From the NCBI GenBank assembly GCA_036231405.1, contig JAZAHK010000012.1, positions 17,324 to 81,323 on the forward strand: DNA of 64,000 nucleotides. The letters run 5' to 3'. Positions 50,097 to 59,364 of this stretch are shown one piece after another. Numbering within the stretch: the stretch's first letter is position 1; each line of letters starts with the position of its first letter. The position numbers and the translations under genes were made by a program. This DNA is from Nitrospinota bacterium (lineage in GTDB: Bacteria > UBA8248). The notes beneath the pieces are model-generated. The model did not search any database and was not told the origin of the DNA. It saw only the letters and a list, made by a program, of their open reading frames with translations.

Positions 50097-51320
50097 TTAG
50101 AAATATTTCTGTCCAGTATCTACGGTTGCATTCCATTCAGCATCTGTATCAAAAGGCCCTAATCCATTCTCCTTGACGTAGGCAACTCTACTATCATTTG
50201 CCGTTCCATCAGAAAATAATCTCGAGAACCAGTCTAAAATGTATTGATGATTATCCAAACCTCCTAAATTCTTTAAATTCACAAGTGGATGGAACTGATT
50301 TTCAAAAACCCACATTTCTTTTTTACAAGTCAGATCATTAAATACTTCAATTGCATCTTCAAGAGGGCAAAGGGGATCAAACTCCCCTGTAACCAATAGA
50401 GTCGGACATTGTATTTTGTCCATATACCCTTTTACTGTCATTTCTTTAGCCATTTTGTCGAATTCATCCTCATCATCCATCCCTGCCATGTACATAAAGA
50501 CTTGTTTAAATCTGGGAGAAGACTCTGTGAAAATTGTATTGTTGGGATTAAAACACGCAACTGCACTCGCTACTGCTGCCGCCCTATGGTCATAACTAGC
50601 TAAACGCAATGACCAATAACTTCCCATACTGATTCCATAAATTCCAAGTTTTGATGAATCAACTTCTTCTCTTTCTAACAGGTAATCGATAACGGCAGCT
50701 CCTGCCCTCTCATAATTATCTCCGACAGCACGGATCTTCTGTATATTTGAGTTTCCTTGCCCAGGACCATCCATTGTAAGAACATGGAATCCTCTTTCTG
50801 CTGCAACATTATGTCTCACATGCGGGAATGATTCTTTAGTTTGATCCATACCAGGAACATAAATAATACATGGAGCATTCCTTCGATCAGGAAGCAAATG
50901 AAGCAAACATGAAATCGTTTTTCCATCATCAAAAGGAACCTCTACCCTCTCAATTGGATAAGGAGCAACTTCAGAACGGCGATCGACCATTTCTTTCAAT
51001 TTATCGCACAAATAAATCTTCACTGGATTGTCATCATAAAAAATAGGATGTTGAGCCATACGGTAAGACTCAACAGCATGATCAAAATGTTCCGTGGCCG
51101 TATGGTTGAATCCTTCCTTCTGCGCCTTTTTCCCAAGATTTTCGTGGAACTCTCCAGCCTCTCTCCAAACCTTTGGTAACATCTGATAGTTGTGCGCAGT
51201 CTTTCCTTCTGGCACCTCTAAATAATCTCTCTCAAAGTTCTGAACCCTACCCCTCGTTTTTAGAGCAAGATCTAACATCCACTGCTGATTATCTCTTTTA
51301 GTTCTAAGATTTTTGATCAT
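50097..51320 (-). CDS. Large alpha/beta-fold hydrolase with N-terminal helical domain (possibly a C-C bond hydrolase/esterase)
   Basis: 407 aa. Nucleophile elbow GISMGS (GxSxG), with downstream Asp (GEFDPLCP) and His (NQFHPL) candidates. Size and layout recall the 2,6-dihydroxypseudooxynicotine-hydrolase/FrsA-like group; this is an inference only. Confidence 0.65.
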   Translation of the reverse strand: MIKNLRTKRDNQQWMLDLALKTRGRVQNFERDYLEVPEGKTAHNYQMLPKVWREAGEFHENLGKKAQKEGFNHTATEHFDHAVESYRMAQHPIFYDDNPVKIYLCDKLKEMVDRRSEVAPYPIERVEVPFDDGKTISCLLHLLPDRRNAPCIIYVPGMDQTKESFPHVRHNVAAERGFHVLTMDGPGQGNSNIQKIRAVGDNYERAGAAVIDYLLEREEVDSSKLGIYGISMGSYWSLRLASYDHRAAAVASAVACFNPNNTIFTESSPRFKQVFMYMAGMDDEDEFDKMAKEMTVKGYMDKIQCPTLLVTGEFDPLCPLEDAIEVFNDLTCKKEMWVFENQFHPLVNLKNLGGLDNHQYILDWFSRLFSDGTANDSRVAYVKENGLGPFDTDAEWNATVDTGQKYF

Positions 51321-51376
51321 TTTCTCCTCCTTTTAATTTCAAAATTATTTTTTCATATAAAAAAATCAAAAGATTT

Positions 51377-52558
51377 TTAAGAATGCGGGAGTAGGACTCC
51401 AAACTCTCGCAGCCTCAATATCTCATCATCGCCTAATCCAAATTCAGATAGAATTTCGTCAGTGTGCTCCCCCAATATGGGAGGAGGCAATCTCACTGTA
51501 GATGGGGTCTCACTAAATCTAACAGATGGAGCAATCATTTTCAATTTTCCATATTTTTCATGGACTATTTCTGACAAATAAGACATAGCCTCCATTTGTT
51601 CATCTTCAAGCAAACGTGCAGGCAATCTCACCTTTGCACACGGGACTTCTGCTTTATCAAATCTTTTAACCCAATCATCTGCAGTTTTTTTAAGTAAGGC
51701 GTTTTGCACAAGGGGAATAATCTCACCTCTTGAATCATGGCGATCTCTAAAAATTTTCCACTTAGAATTTTCAGTCAATTCAGACAATCCAAGTACTCCA
51801 CATGCCCTTTTCCAGAATCTGTCAACATCCATATACAAGTAAATATGTCCGTCCAAAGTATTATATATCCTTGCTATTCGATCAGTTAGTGGATCTCGAA
51901 CATTCTCAAGCTTTTCCCTATCACTTGCCCAAGTAAGTCTTCCTTGTTGTAAGGAAGCAGCACCCCCTAGTAGAGATGAATCTATATACTGACCCAACCC
52001 GCTTCTTTCTCTTGAAAACAATGCCATAGAAACTGCAGTACTAGACAAAGAACCAGTAAAATAATCTATGAAATGACCTTGAACAAGCTGTGGATCTTCA
52101 CTACTACCCTGTTCGGCTGGAATACCGGAATAGGTCTGAACAATTGGATCTATGCCTCTTCTTGATTTCAAAGGACCAGATTGTCCAAAGGCTGAAATTG
52201 AAAGATAAACAAGCCTTGAATTACGTTTAATTAGTTCCTTTGGACCAAGACCAAGATTTTCTACGACACCTGGACGATAACCCTCTACAAAAACATCGAT
52301 CTCTTCGCACATTTTAAGAACTAATTCTTTTCCCACATCTTCTTTCAAATTTATCGCTATACTCCGTTTATTTCTGTTCAAACCTAAAAACAAACGGCTC
52401 TCTCCATCAAATGTAGATGGAAACTCCCTGATAATATCACCACCCAAAGGCTCCAACTTAATTACATCTGCACCAGCATCTGCAAGTAGCAATGTACAAA
52501 ATGGCCCAGCTACATAATGGGTAAGATCTAAAACCTTGATTCCATCTAGAGAACCCAT
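51377..52558 (-). CDS. Family III CoA-transferase (CaiB/BaiF/Frc family)
   Basis: 393 aa. LDGIKVLDLTHYVAGPFCTLLLADAGADVIKLEP is the canonical N-terminus of this family. Confidence 0.88.
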   Translation of the reverse strand: MGSLDGIKVLDLTHYVAGPFCTLLLADAGADVIKLEPLGGDIIREFPSTFDGESRLFLGLNRNKRSIAINLKEDVGKELVLKMCEEIDVFVEGYRPGVVENLGLGPKELIKRNSRLVYLSISAFGQSGPLKSRRGIDPIVQTYSGIPAEQGSSEDPQLVQGHFIDYFTGSLSSTAVSMALFSRERSGLGQYIDSSLLGGAASLQQGRLTWASDREKLENVRDPLTDRIARIYNTLDGHIYLYMDVDRFWKRACGVLGLSELTENSKWKIFRDRHDSRGEIIPLVQNALLKKTADDWVKRFDKAEVPCAKVRLPARLLEDEQMEAMSYLSEIVHEKYGKLKMIAPSVRFSETPSTVRLPPPILGEHTDEILSEFGLGDDEILRLREFGVLLPHS

Positions 52559-52570
52559 AGTTATCCCATA

Positions 52571-53545
52571 TTAAACAGACAGCACAATTTTCCCAAACAC
52601 AGACCCTGTCATTAAAATCTCGTGTGCACGTGGAGCATCGGATAAGTCGAGGACTTCACCTACAACTGAACGAATCTTTCCATCACGAAGTAAAATTTCT
52701 AATTGATTAGTCATGCTAGAGAAAAAACAATCAGAATTAAAAAGACTCATTCCTCTAACATCAATATCTTTTGAATAAAAAGGTGGATACGTTACAGTTC
52801 CACTAGGTTGTTTGCCAGTCCCTGACCCTAATAAAACAATAGTTCCAAATTTTTTCACGGCCTGACAATCTGAATCAAAATTTTCACTTGCAACCATTTC
52901 AATAATCGAATCGACACCTCTTCCAGATGTTTTCTCTATGCATTTGGAAACCCAATCTTCCTCGTGATAATTAAAAACATTATCTGCTCCTAAACCCTTA
53001 CAAAATTCAGCTTTCTCTTGAGAACTAACCGTACAAAAAACATTAGCTCCTGCCGTCTTCGCAATCTGTATTGCCATACTTCCAACTCCCCCGGCTCCAC
53101 CATGAATTAAAACCGTCTCTCCTGGCTTTATGGAAGCTTTATACACAAGAGCGTAATATGCTGTATATAAAACACACGGGAAGGAAGCTCCTTGAATAAA
53201 ATCAAAATTATCAGGCAATATCGCAGACCGGTGTGCACTCAAAAGAGAAAGTTCTGCATAGCTTCCACTTAAAGAGTTTCCAAAAACTCTATCTCCATTT
53301 TTGAAATTTTCTACTCCCTCACCTACGGCAACGACCTTACCTGAGGCATCAATACCTGGAATCCAAGGTAATTTCAACCCTTTAGATAGAGGATGCGCAC
53401 CAGAACGGAAAGTTGTGTCGACCGGATTGACACCTGCCCCTTTAACTTCAATGAGGATTTCTCCTTCTGAGGGAATTGGGTCATCAATCTCTCCTAATTT
53501 CATAACGCTAGGTTCTCCAAAGGAATTAACCTGAATTGCTTTCAT
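52571..53545 (-). CDS. MDR-family NADPH:quinone oxidoreductase-like protein (paralog 3)
   Basis: I place the start at ATG 53545 (MKAIQVNSFGEP), preceded by GGAGGTG. The ORF extension up to 53629 is probably untranslated. GVNPVDTTFRSG and VLIHGGAGGVGSMAIQIA. Confidence 0.8.
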   Translation of the reverse strand: MKAIQVNSFGEPSVMKLGEIDDPIPSEGEILIEVKGAGVNPVDTTFRSGAHPLSKGLKLPWIPGIDASGKVVAVGEGVENFKNGDRVFGNSLSGSYAELSLLSAHRSAILPDNFDFIQGASFPCVLYTAYYALVYKASIKPGETVLIHGGAGGVGSMAIQIAKTAGANVFCTVSSQEKAEFCKGLGADNVFNYHEEDWVSKCIEKTSGRGVDSIIEMVASENFDSDCQAVKKFGTIVLLGSGTGKQPSGTVTYPPFYSKDIDVRGMSLFNSDCFFSSMTNQLEILLRDGKIRSVVGEVLDLSDAPRAHEILMTGSVFGKIVLSV

Positions 53546-53687
53546 TTTCTTTACACCTCCCGAAAAAATATGTTTTTGATTTTTTATAAACGTTTCAAGA
53601 AATCTATACCTAGAAAGAAATTCAATCAATCATCGAATCTAATAAGAAATTAATTATTAATTCATAACTAGTAAGTCCAATTAGTTG

Positions 53688-53717
53688 CTTGACAAGAAAA
53701 GCGAGCGGAAGATATGG
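53688..53717 (+). promoter_or_regulatory. Candidate sigma70-type promoter for the TAXI-TRAP/VOC/MBL/ACS operon
   Basis: Exact TTGACA at 53688-53693, an 18-nt spacer, then TATGGT at 53712-53717, about 150 nt upstream of the ATG at 53869. A perfect AT-only inverted repeat AATTAAT-t-ATTAATT sits at 53647-53661 just upstream. Confidence 0.25.
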
Positions 53718-53868
53718 TCTTATTACACATTAAACTTTAATTTTATGGTTCTCAAGGAAACGAGAGTAACTAGGAGTTTACATAAGTTTGCTACTTGTAT
53801 CATGCAGAATTTCTCACAATGTGTTTTCGTGGACACTGAAATGTTTTTTAACTAAGGAGGAGTTTTCA

Positions 53869-54867
53869 ATGCGTAAAATCTTTTTTGTTTTTATTTCAAC
53901 ACTAGTTGTTGTTGTTTTTGGATTAAGTTCTGCAAACGCTTTAGAAAGATATAAATTTGGTAGTGGTCCTGCTGGTGGTGGTTGGAATCCTGCTATTGGT
54001 GCAGGCGTTCAACTTCTCAATAAATCTGTAGCGGGCAAAGGTCTAAAATTTGCCCACGTTCCATCTCAAGGTTCTGTGGCAAATATACGTCGAGTTGCAA
54101 AGGGAAGTTTCCATACTACTTGGGGACACATTGTTCAAGTGGTACAACAATGGAATGGAACTGGAAAATTTAAAAAAGATGGAGTCCAAAGAGATTTCAG
54201 AATTGTTGCGAATGTTCGAGCACAATCACAGATTATTGCAGTACTTGCAGATAGCCCAATCAAGTCTTTTTCTGACATGGTCGGAAAAAGAGTAAATCTA
54301 CTCTCTCGTGGAACAGGAAGTAATGTGAACTGTATGAATATTTTCAAGGGCGCTGGAATTTTTGATAAAATTAAAAAACGTTTTCTCGGATTCCGTGATT
54401 CGGGCAGAGCATTAGGTGATCGTCAAATAGATGTTTACTGTTCTGCGGGTGCACCGTTCACGATTCCTGCACTTACCCAACTATCTGTCAGAAAACCTGT
54501 CCGTTACGTTGGCCTAAGTAAATCTGAACAAAAAAAAGTTGTTAGTTCCTTTCCTTTCTATACCCCAATTACAGTCCCACCATTAGCAGAGGTGAAAGGA
54601 CAGACTACCCATGCAAGGTCTATTGCATATGACGTTTTCTGGGTCGCACATAAATCTATGTCTGACAAAGGCATTTCCGCAATGTTGAGTACAATTGCAG
54701 ATCCAGGGAATCTAAAGAAACTAACAAAAGCTGCAAGGTATTGGGCTAAATTAAGTGGAAGATTTGACAACCTTAAAGTGCACAAGGTATGGGTTCATCC
54801 TGCTGCTGCCCGTTACTGGAGGAGTCGTGGAACGAAGGTACCAGGTAGCGTGGTAAAAGGTTACTAA
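53869..54867 (+). CDS. TAXI-family TRAP transporter solute-binding protein
   Basis: Start at ATG 53869 (MRKIFFVFISTLVVVVFGLSSANA signal peptide), preceded by AAGGAGG. YKFGSGPAGGGWNPAIGAGV resembles the TAXI G-x-GG-x-GG-x-Y/W N-terminal motif. Confidence 0.8.
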   Translation: MRKIFFVFISTLVVVVFGLSSANALERYKFGSGPAGGGWNPAIGAGVQLLNKSVAGKGLKFAHVPSQGSVANIRRVAKGSFHTTWGHIVQVVQQWNGTGKFKKDGVQRDFRIVANVRAQSQIIAVLADSPIKSFSDMVGKRVNLLSRGTGSNVNCMNIFKGAGIFDKIKKRFLGFRDSGRALGDRQIDVYCSAGAPFTIPALTQLSVRKPVRYVGLSKSEQKKVVSSFPFYTPITVPPLAEVKGQTTHARSIAYDVFWVAHKSMSDKGISAMLSTIADPGNLKKLTKAARYWAKLSGRFDNLKVHKVWVHPAAARYWRSRGTKVPGSVVKGY

Positions 54868-54883
54868 AAGTAGATTTCAATTT

Positions 54884-54914
54884 TTGAGAGGGGCGATAAA
54901 TTCACCCCTCTCAA
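54884..54914 (+). other. Intercistronic stem-loop between binding-protein and permease genes
   Basis: Perfect 10-bp stem UUGAGAGGGG / CCCCUCUCAA with an 11-nt loop (cgataaattca), and no strong downstream U tract. It starts 17 nt after the TAXI stop and ends 45 nt before the permease start. Confidence 0.6.
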
Positions 54915-54959
54915 AACATTTCGTTGCTTTCATAATTTCATAGAATTTTAGGAAAATAG

Positions 54960-57437
54960 ATGCTTAAAAGATTGATGCCCCTTTTAATTAAAATTGGGAT
55001 TATATCTGAAGAATTTGTCGAGCCCAGAAAAATTTCTGGTATTTCTCGTATTTTTATATCGATAATAGCAGTTGGATTCTCTTATTTCTTCATACATGTA
55101 GCTTTTTTTGGTCCACCAATTACTGAAATTTTCAAAGGCACATATATTTTAGGCACAGCTCTCCTAACTCTCCTATTGTATAAAGGAAGACAAAAAACCA
55201 TCCGTCAAAATTTTGTGATTTTGGATGAACTATTTGCATTCTTATCTATCACTACAATATGTACCTTTAGTGCAATTTGGCTATATTGGTTTTTTATTTC
55301 TCCCGTTGAAGCTTGGAATAAATTTTATGGAACTACTCCATTTCTAGTCGGTGTTGCCGGTTCGATAATAGGTGCCTTAATCTACTTAAAAGAAGCAACT
55401 ACTCCAGTAAATAATCGTTTGTCTATTTCTGATTTTATTTATATATCAGGAGTAACAGCATCGATGATTTGGTGGCGTTATGCCAATGAAACTCTTCAAG
55501 AAGAAATGGGTGGAGATGTTCCCACAATTCTAGTTATAGCTGCATGGCACGTTATCCCGGTTAGTATGGAAATAGCGAGAAGGGTCGTGGGGCCCATTAT
55601 TCCACTCATAGGTTTTTGTTTTTTAGTATACAGTTTCAGACCTGTCGCACATACTTTTCCAGGGCTCCTTTGGCATGATGGGAATAACATTGACCGAATT
55701 TCTGAATTTCTGATGCTTCAGACTGAAGGAATCACAGGTCTAATTGCCGATGTTTTTGCAAATTACATGGTCATTTTTGTTGTACTTGGAGCATTCCTAG
55801 AAAAAACTGGTCTAGGTGCGCTTTTCATAGATACAACTTATCGTCTTACAGGTCAAAAAACTGGAGGGCCAGGACTAACTGCAGTCGTTTCCAGTGGTCT
55901 TTTCGGCATGATATCCGGAAGTGGAGTTGCAAACGTTGTCACAACGGGAACATTTACAATTCCTCTTATGAAGAGAGTGGGTTATAAACCTGAATTTGCA
56001 GGCGCTGTCGAAGCATCTGCTTCCACCGGCGGCGCGTATATGCCGCCTATTATGGGTTCGGGTGCTTTTTTACTAGCGCAGTTTACAGAGATCAGCTATT
56101 TCGAAGTTATAAAATACGCTATTATACCTGCAATTCTATACTATTTATCAGTTGGTTATATAGTATATATTCGAGCGGTTAACAGGGGTCTAACAGGGGT
56201 TCCTGTTTCAGAGTTGCCCCTGTGGAGTAAAATAGTACCCAGACTGTATCTCCTTATTCCTATTCCTTTAATGGTTTATTATTTGGTAGTTGGTGATTCG
56301 GCTTTCCTTGCAGCTTTTAAAACTATTTGTGCTATTGTTTTATTGAAAACTACGGATTTGCTTACATCCATACGAACTCCTTTTACAAGAAAATTCTCAA
56401 AACCAATTCTTTTCTTGACTATTGGACTAGGAACTATCGTCTATTTCTTTGGACTAAAAATAGGTGCACCCTTTTCATGGTTCGCTGATACCCAAAGAGG
56501 GTTAAACTTTGGAGATGCCATTTTTTGGACTTTAGTTTTCTACACAGTTTTGAAGATTTTTGAAGTACTACTTGCTTCTTTCACACATCATGGCATGAAA
56601 CAAGATTCCCTTTCAGAAGAAACATCTGAGACAGAAGTTTGTGGAACTAATGCTTTAATTTCACTGAAAGAAAGATCTGTAGATTTAGTTAAATCGATCT
56701 GGATATCCTTAGAGTCAGGTGCAAAAAGCTCCGTAATCGTAGGTTGTATTGCTGGAGTCCTGAGTATTCTTTTATCAACTGCAACACAGTGTGATTTGCC
56801 GGGAAGAGTTTCAGATCTACTCATACAATTTAGTTTTGGACTCTTGCCGATGACGATATTTTGGATAATCGTTGCCGGATATATTGTCGGTATGGGTCTA
56901 CCAATTGCGGCTAGTTACGTTGTTCTTGTGATTTTTGGAGTTTTATCACTAACAAATTTAGGTGTCCCAACCCTTGCAGCTCATTTAATCTGTTATTGGG
57001 TCGCAGTTGTTAGTGCTGTAACACCCCCAGTCGCATTGGCAGCATATGCAGCAAGTGCAATAGCATCGTCAGACCCTATTAAAACTGGATTCCAGGCCAT
57101 GAAGCTTTCATCATGGATTTTTATTATGCCTTTTTTGTTTGTATATACTCCACTTCTTTTAACAGGTACTTACTTTGAAATTTCAGTTACCATTCTTGCT
57201 TGCCTTTTAGGAATTATTGCCTGGGCAAGTTTCATGGAAAATTTCCTAATAAAACAAACTAAATTATTAGAGTGGGTCTTACTCTTTTTTGCATCTATTT
57301 GCCTACTGCTTCCAGTCGATAATTTGCTCACATGGGTTTCTCCTTTGAAAGGTCAATTCGATTGGATTTTTTACTCTATAGGAGCCATTTTATTAGTCTC
57401 AACATTTTTACTACAAACTAAAAGGCAAGAAGCGTAA
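54960..57437 (+). CDS. TRAP transporter fused (4TM/12TM) permease, TAXI-associated type
   Basis: 825 aa. Highly hydrophobic with many TM segments. The size and position right after a TAXI receptor are typical of the fused DctQM-like permease. Confidence 0.8.
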   Translation: MLKRLMPLLIKIGIISEEFVEPRKISGISRIFISIIAVGFSYFFIHVAFFGPPITEIFKGTYILGTALLTLLLYKGRQKTIRQNFVILDELFAFLSITTICTFSAIWLYWFFISPVEAWNKFYGTTPFLVGVAGSIIGALIYLKEATTPVNNRLSISDFIYISGVTASMIWWRYANETLQEEMGGDVPTILVIAAWHVIPVSMEIARRVVGPIIPLIGFCFLVYSFRPVAHTFPGLLWHDGNNIDRISEFLMLQTEGITGLIADVFANYMVIFVVLGAFLEKTGLGALFIDTTYRLTGQKTGGPGLTAVVSSGLFGMISGSGVANVVTTGTFTIPLMKRVGYKPEFAGAVEASASTGGAYMPPIMGSGAFLLAQFTEISYFEVIKYAIIPAILYYLSVGYIVYIRAVNRGLTGVPVSELPLWSKIVPRLYLLIPIPLMVYYLVVGDSAFLAAFKTICAIVLLKTTDLLTSIRTPFTRKFSKPILFLTIGLGTIVYFFGLKIGAPFSWFADTQRGLNFGDAIFWTLVFYTVLKIFEVLLASFTHHGMKQDSLSEETSETEVCGTNALISLKERSVDLVKSIWISLESGAKSSVIVGCIAGVLSILLSTATQCDLPGRVSDLLIQFSFGLLPMTIFWIIVAGYIVGMGLPIAASYVVLVIFGVLSLTNLGVPTLAAHLICYWVAVVSAVTPPVALAAYAASAIASSDPIKTGFQAMKLSSWIFIMPFLFVYTPLLLTGTYFEISVTILACLLGIIAWASFMENFLIKQTKLLEWVLLFFASICLLLPVDNLLTWVSPLKGQFDWIFYSIGAILLVSTFLLQTKRQEA

Positions 57438-57438
57438 A

Positions 57439-57828
57439 ATGAATGTAATTGAATCATTTCACCATGTTCATCTTATATGCGCTGACCCCGTAAAAACTTC
57501 GCGGTGGTATGTCAGCGTATTGGGAGCAGAAATTACACACGAAGAAAAAAAACATGGCGCTATAAACATAAGATTATTAATAGGGGACCTAAATCTCTTC
57601 ATACGTGCATTAAGAGAAAACGAAGAATTTCCCTTAGAACAAAACCATTTACAGGAAGGTATCCATCATATTGGTCTTATGGTTGACGACATACAAGAAA
57701 TGATGAAAGAAACTACAGAAAATGGAGCAATAGAAATAGAAGAAATCCATACTGGAACAACAGGCAATTGGGTTGCATTTATTAGAACCCCTGAAGGAGT
57801 GTTAATTGAATTCCTCCAAAAAAAATAA
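57439..57828 (+). CDS. VOC-family protein (glyoxalase I / methylmalonyl-CoA epimerase-like single module)
   Basis: 129 aa. Metal-ligand pattern FHHVHL ... IHHIGLMV ... GVLIEFLQ. The start lies 1 nt after the permease stop. Confidence 0.75.
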   Translation: MNVIESFHHVHLICADPVKTSRWYVSVLGAEITHEEKKHGAINIRLLIGDLNLFIRALRENEEFPLEQNHLQEGIHHIGLMVDDIQEMMKETTENGAIEIEEIHTGTTGNWVAFIRTPEGVLIEFLQKK

Positions 57829-58486
57829 CGACAAGAAACAGATAAATACAAAATCAAAAGACAAATCATTCTCCCCGAAATTAAATCGTATCCAACACGT
57901 TGGGATTAAAGTACACAATCTAGATTTGGCGGTTGAATTTTATAGAGACGTCATGGGAATGAGAATTTCTGACAGATATGAACCTGGAGACAATCCACAT
58001 AATCCCTGGGGAATCTGTTTCATGAGAAGTGGTCATCTCCATCACGAAATATCTCTTGTCGGTTACGCGAAAGAAGAAAACCTCAAACCAAACGAAATTG
58101 GATTCAGAGAACCTGGAGTAGGCCTGCATCACATTGCATTTGAAGTAGATTCAAAAGAAGAATTTATGTCCTGGGTAGAACACTTAAAAAAACATGGAAT
58201 TGAATTTGCTGCTGGTCCATTAGTTCATAGCCCTACACATCCTGAGGGAGACGGCACACTTGGCGAAAATAGGGCTCTATACTTTTACGATCCTTCTGGA
58301 AACGGAATCGAAATTTTCTGTGATTTGGCACCAATCGACGATAATAACAATTCTATAAATGAGAAATGGTTTAGGGATCGTTTGGAGAAAGATGGATATT
58401 CCAGAGATGCATCCAATCCATCTAGGCCATGGGAACCCGGTCGTTCAAGTATGGAAGACGCTCTCGAAAAATTTGGAAAAAAATAA
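57806..58486 (+). CDS. VOC-family protein, one-domain extradiol-dioxygenase-like
   Basis: 226 aa. TTG start with GAAGGAG 6 nt upstream and a Lys-rich N-terminal tail. IQHVGIKV, LHHIAFEV and ALYFYDPSGNGIEIF resemble the His/His/Glu ligand segments of type I extradiol dioxygenases. Overlaps the preceding gene by 23 nt. Confidence 0.7.
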   Translation: MNSSKKNNDKKQINTKSKDKSFSPKLNRIQHVGIKVHNLDLAVEFYRDVMGMRISDRYEPGDNPHNPWGICFMRSGHLHHEISLVGYAKEENLKPNEIGFREPGVGLHHIAFEVDSKEEFMSWVEHLKKHGIEFAAGPLVHSPTHPEGDGTLGENRALYFYDPSGNGIEIFCDLAPIDDNNNSINEKWFRDRLEKDGYSRDASNPSRPWEPGRSSMEDALEKFGKK

Positions 58487-58534
58487 GAATTTACCTGATA
58501 TTTCATTTTTTTAAATATTTATTCCGGAGAATAA

Positions 58535-59350
58535 GTGGATAATCAAAATTGGTATAATGTTCAGGAATTTGCCCCTGAGACTTTTCAGTTCAATGAAGCT
58601 GAACTTTGGAACATGTTTCTGATAATAGGCGAAGAAAAAGCTCTATCTATTGATGGAGGAATTGGAATAGGAAGTGTGCGGAAACTCTGTGAGAGTATCA
58701 CGTCCCTCCCTATTGAACATATCCTTACCCATACTCACTGGGATCATTTAGGCTCTATCCATGAATGGGATTCCATATCTGTTCATAAAAACGGGGAGGG
58801 AAATCTCAATAATGATTTTGCAGAAGGCTGTAAAGACTTTGTTTTAAATTGGACGGGGAAATCATTTCCTAAAGGTTTTTTTCCAGAAAACTTCAAGTTA
58901 AAACCTGGAGTATTTGGTCAATCCTTATGTGAAGGTCAGATAATTGATCTTGGGAATAGGAGACTACACATATATGAAACACCTGGTCATTCACCAGATA
59001 GCATATCAATTTATGATGAAAAAGAATCTGTATTAATAACTGGAGATTTAGTAAAACCACACATGCCACTTTTTTTACAAGTGCCTACTGCTGTGCTCTC
59101 GGATTATGGTCCCTCTTTAAGAAAGCTTGAATCAATTGCAAAAGAAAACAAAGTGCAATGGATATGCTCGGGGCATTCAGAGCCATTCACTGACATAAGT
59201 ATAATAGGAGAAATGGCTGACTTCGTTGAGAAAATTGAAAATGACACCCTAGACAAGCCAGATAAAATTCAAGCAGGTAAATGGGGAATGGTAGATGAAT
59301 ATCGCGCAGAAAGATTTCAAGTTTGGATTAACGATAACGCGCGTAGATAG
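58535..59350 (+). CDS. Metallo-beta-lactamase-fold hydrolase
   Basis: 271 aa. GTG start with GGAG upstream. HxHxDH motif (LTHTHWDHLG), downstream ETPGHSPDS, and a GD..SGH ligand pattern. Confidence 0.8.
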   Translation: MDNQNWYNVQEFAPETFQFNEAELWNMFLIIGEEKALSIDGGIGIGSVRKLCESITSLPIEHILTHTHWDHLGSIHEWDSISVHKNGEGNLNNDFAEGCKDFVLNWTGKSFPKGFFPENFKLKPGVFGQSLCEGQIIDLGNRRLHIYETPGHSPDSISIYDEKESVLITGDLVKPHMPLFLQVPTAVLSDYGPSLRKLESIAKENKVQWICSGHSEPFTDISIIGEMADFVEKIENDTLDKPDKIQAGKWGMVDEYRAERFQVWINDNARR

Positions 59351-59364
59351 TATAAAGGCATAAG

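Noticed and set aside
53788-53868. 27-aa extension at the 5' end of the TAXI receptor ORF, and likewise 53546-53629 for QOR paralog 3 and 61268-61315 for ACS paralog B
   Set aside because: In each case an internal ATG preceded by a strong Shine-Dalgarno yields the expected mature N-terminus (a signal peptide, MKAIQV..., or MPKKK just after the upstream stop).
57806-57828. A run of eight A (57818-57825) at the junction of the two VOC ORFs. Losing one A would fuse them into a single ~350-aa two-module protein. This raised the possibility of a homopolymer sequencing error, a frameshifted pseudogene or programmed frameshifting.
   Set aside because: The first ORF is a complete stand-alone VOC module with its own ligand set. 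The second has its own TTG start with a good GAAGGAG Shine-Dalgarno 6 nt upstream. The fused product would carry an odd Lys-rich linker. An overlap with translational coupling is the simpler reading, though read-level inspection of the A tract would settle it.
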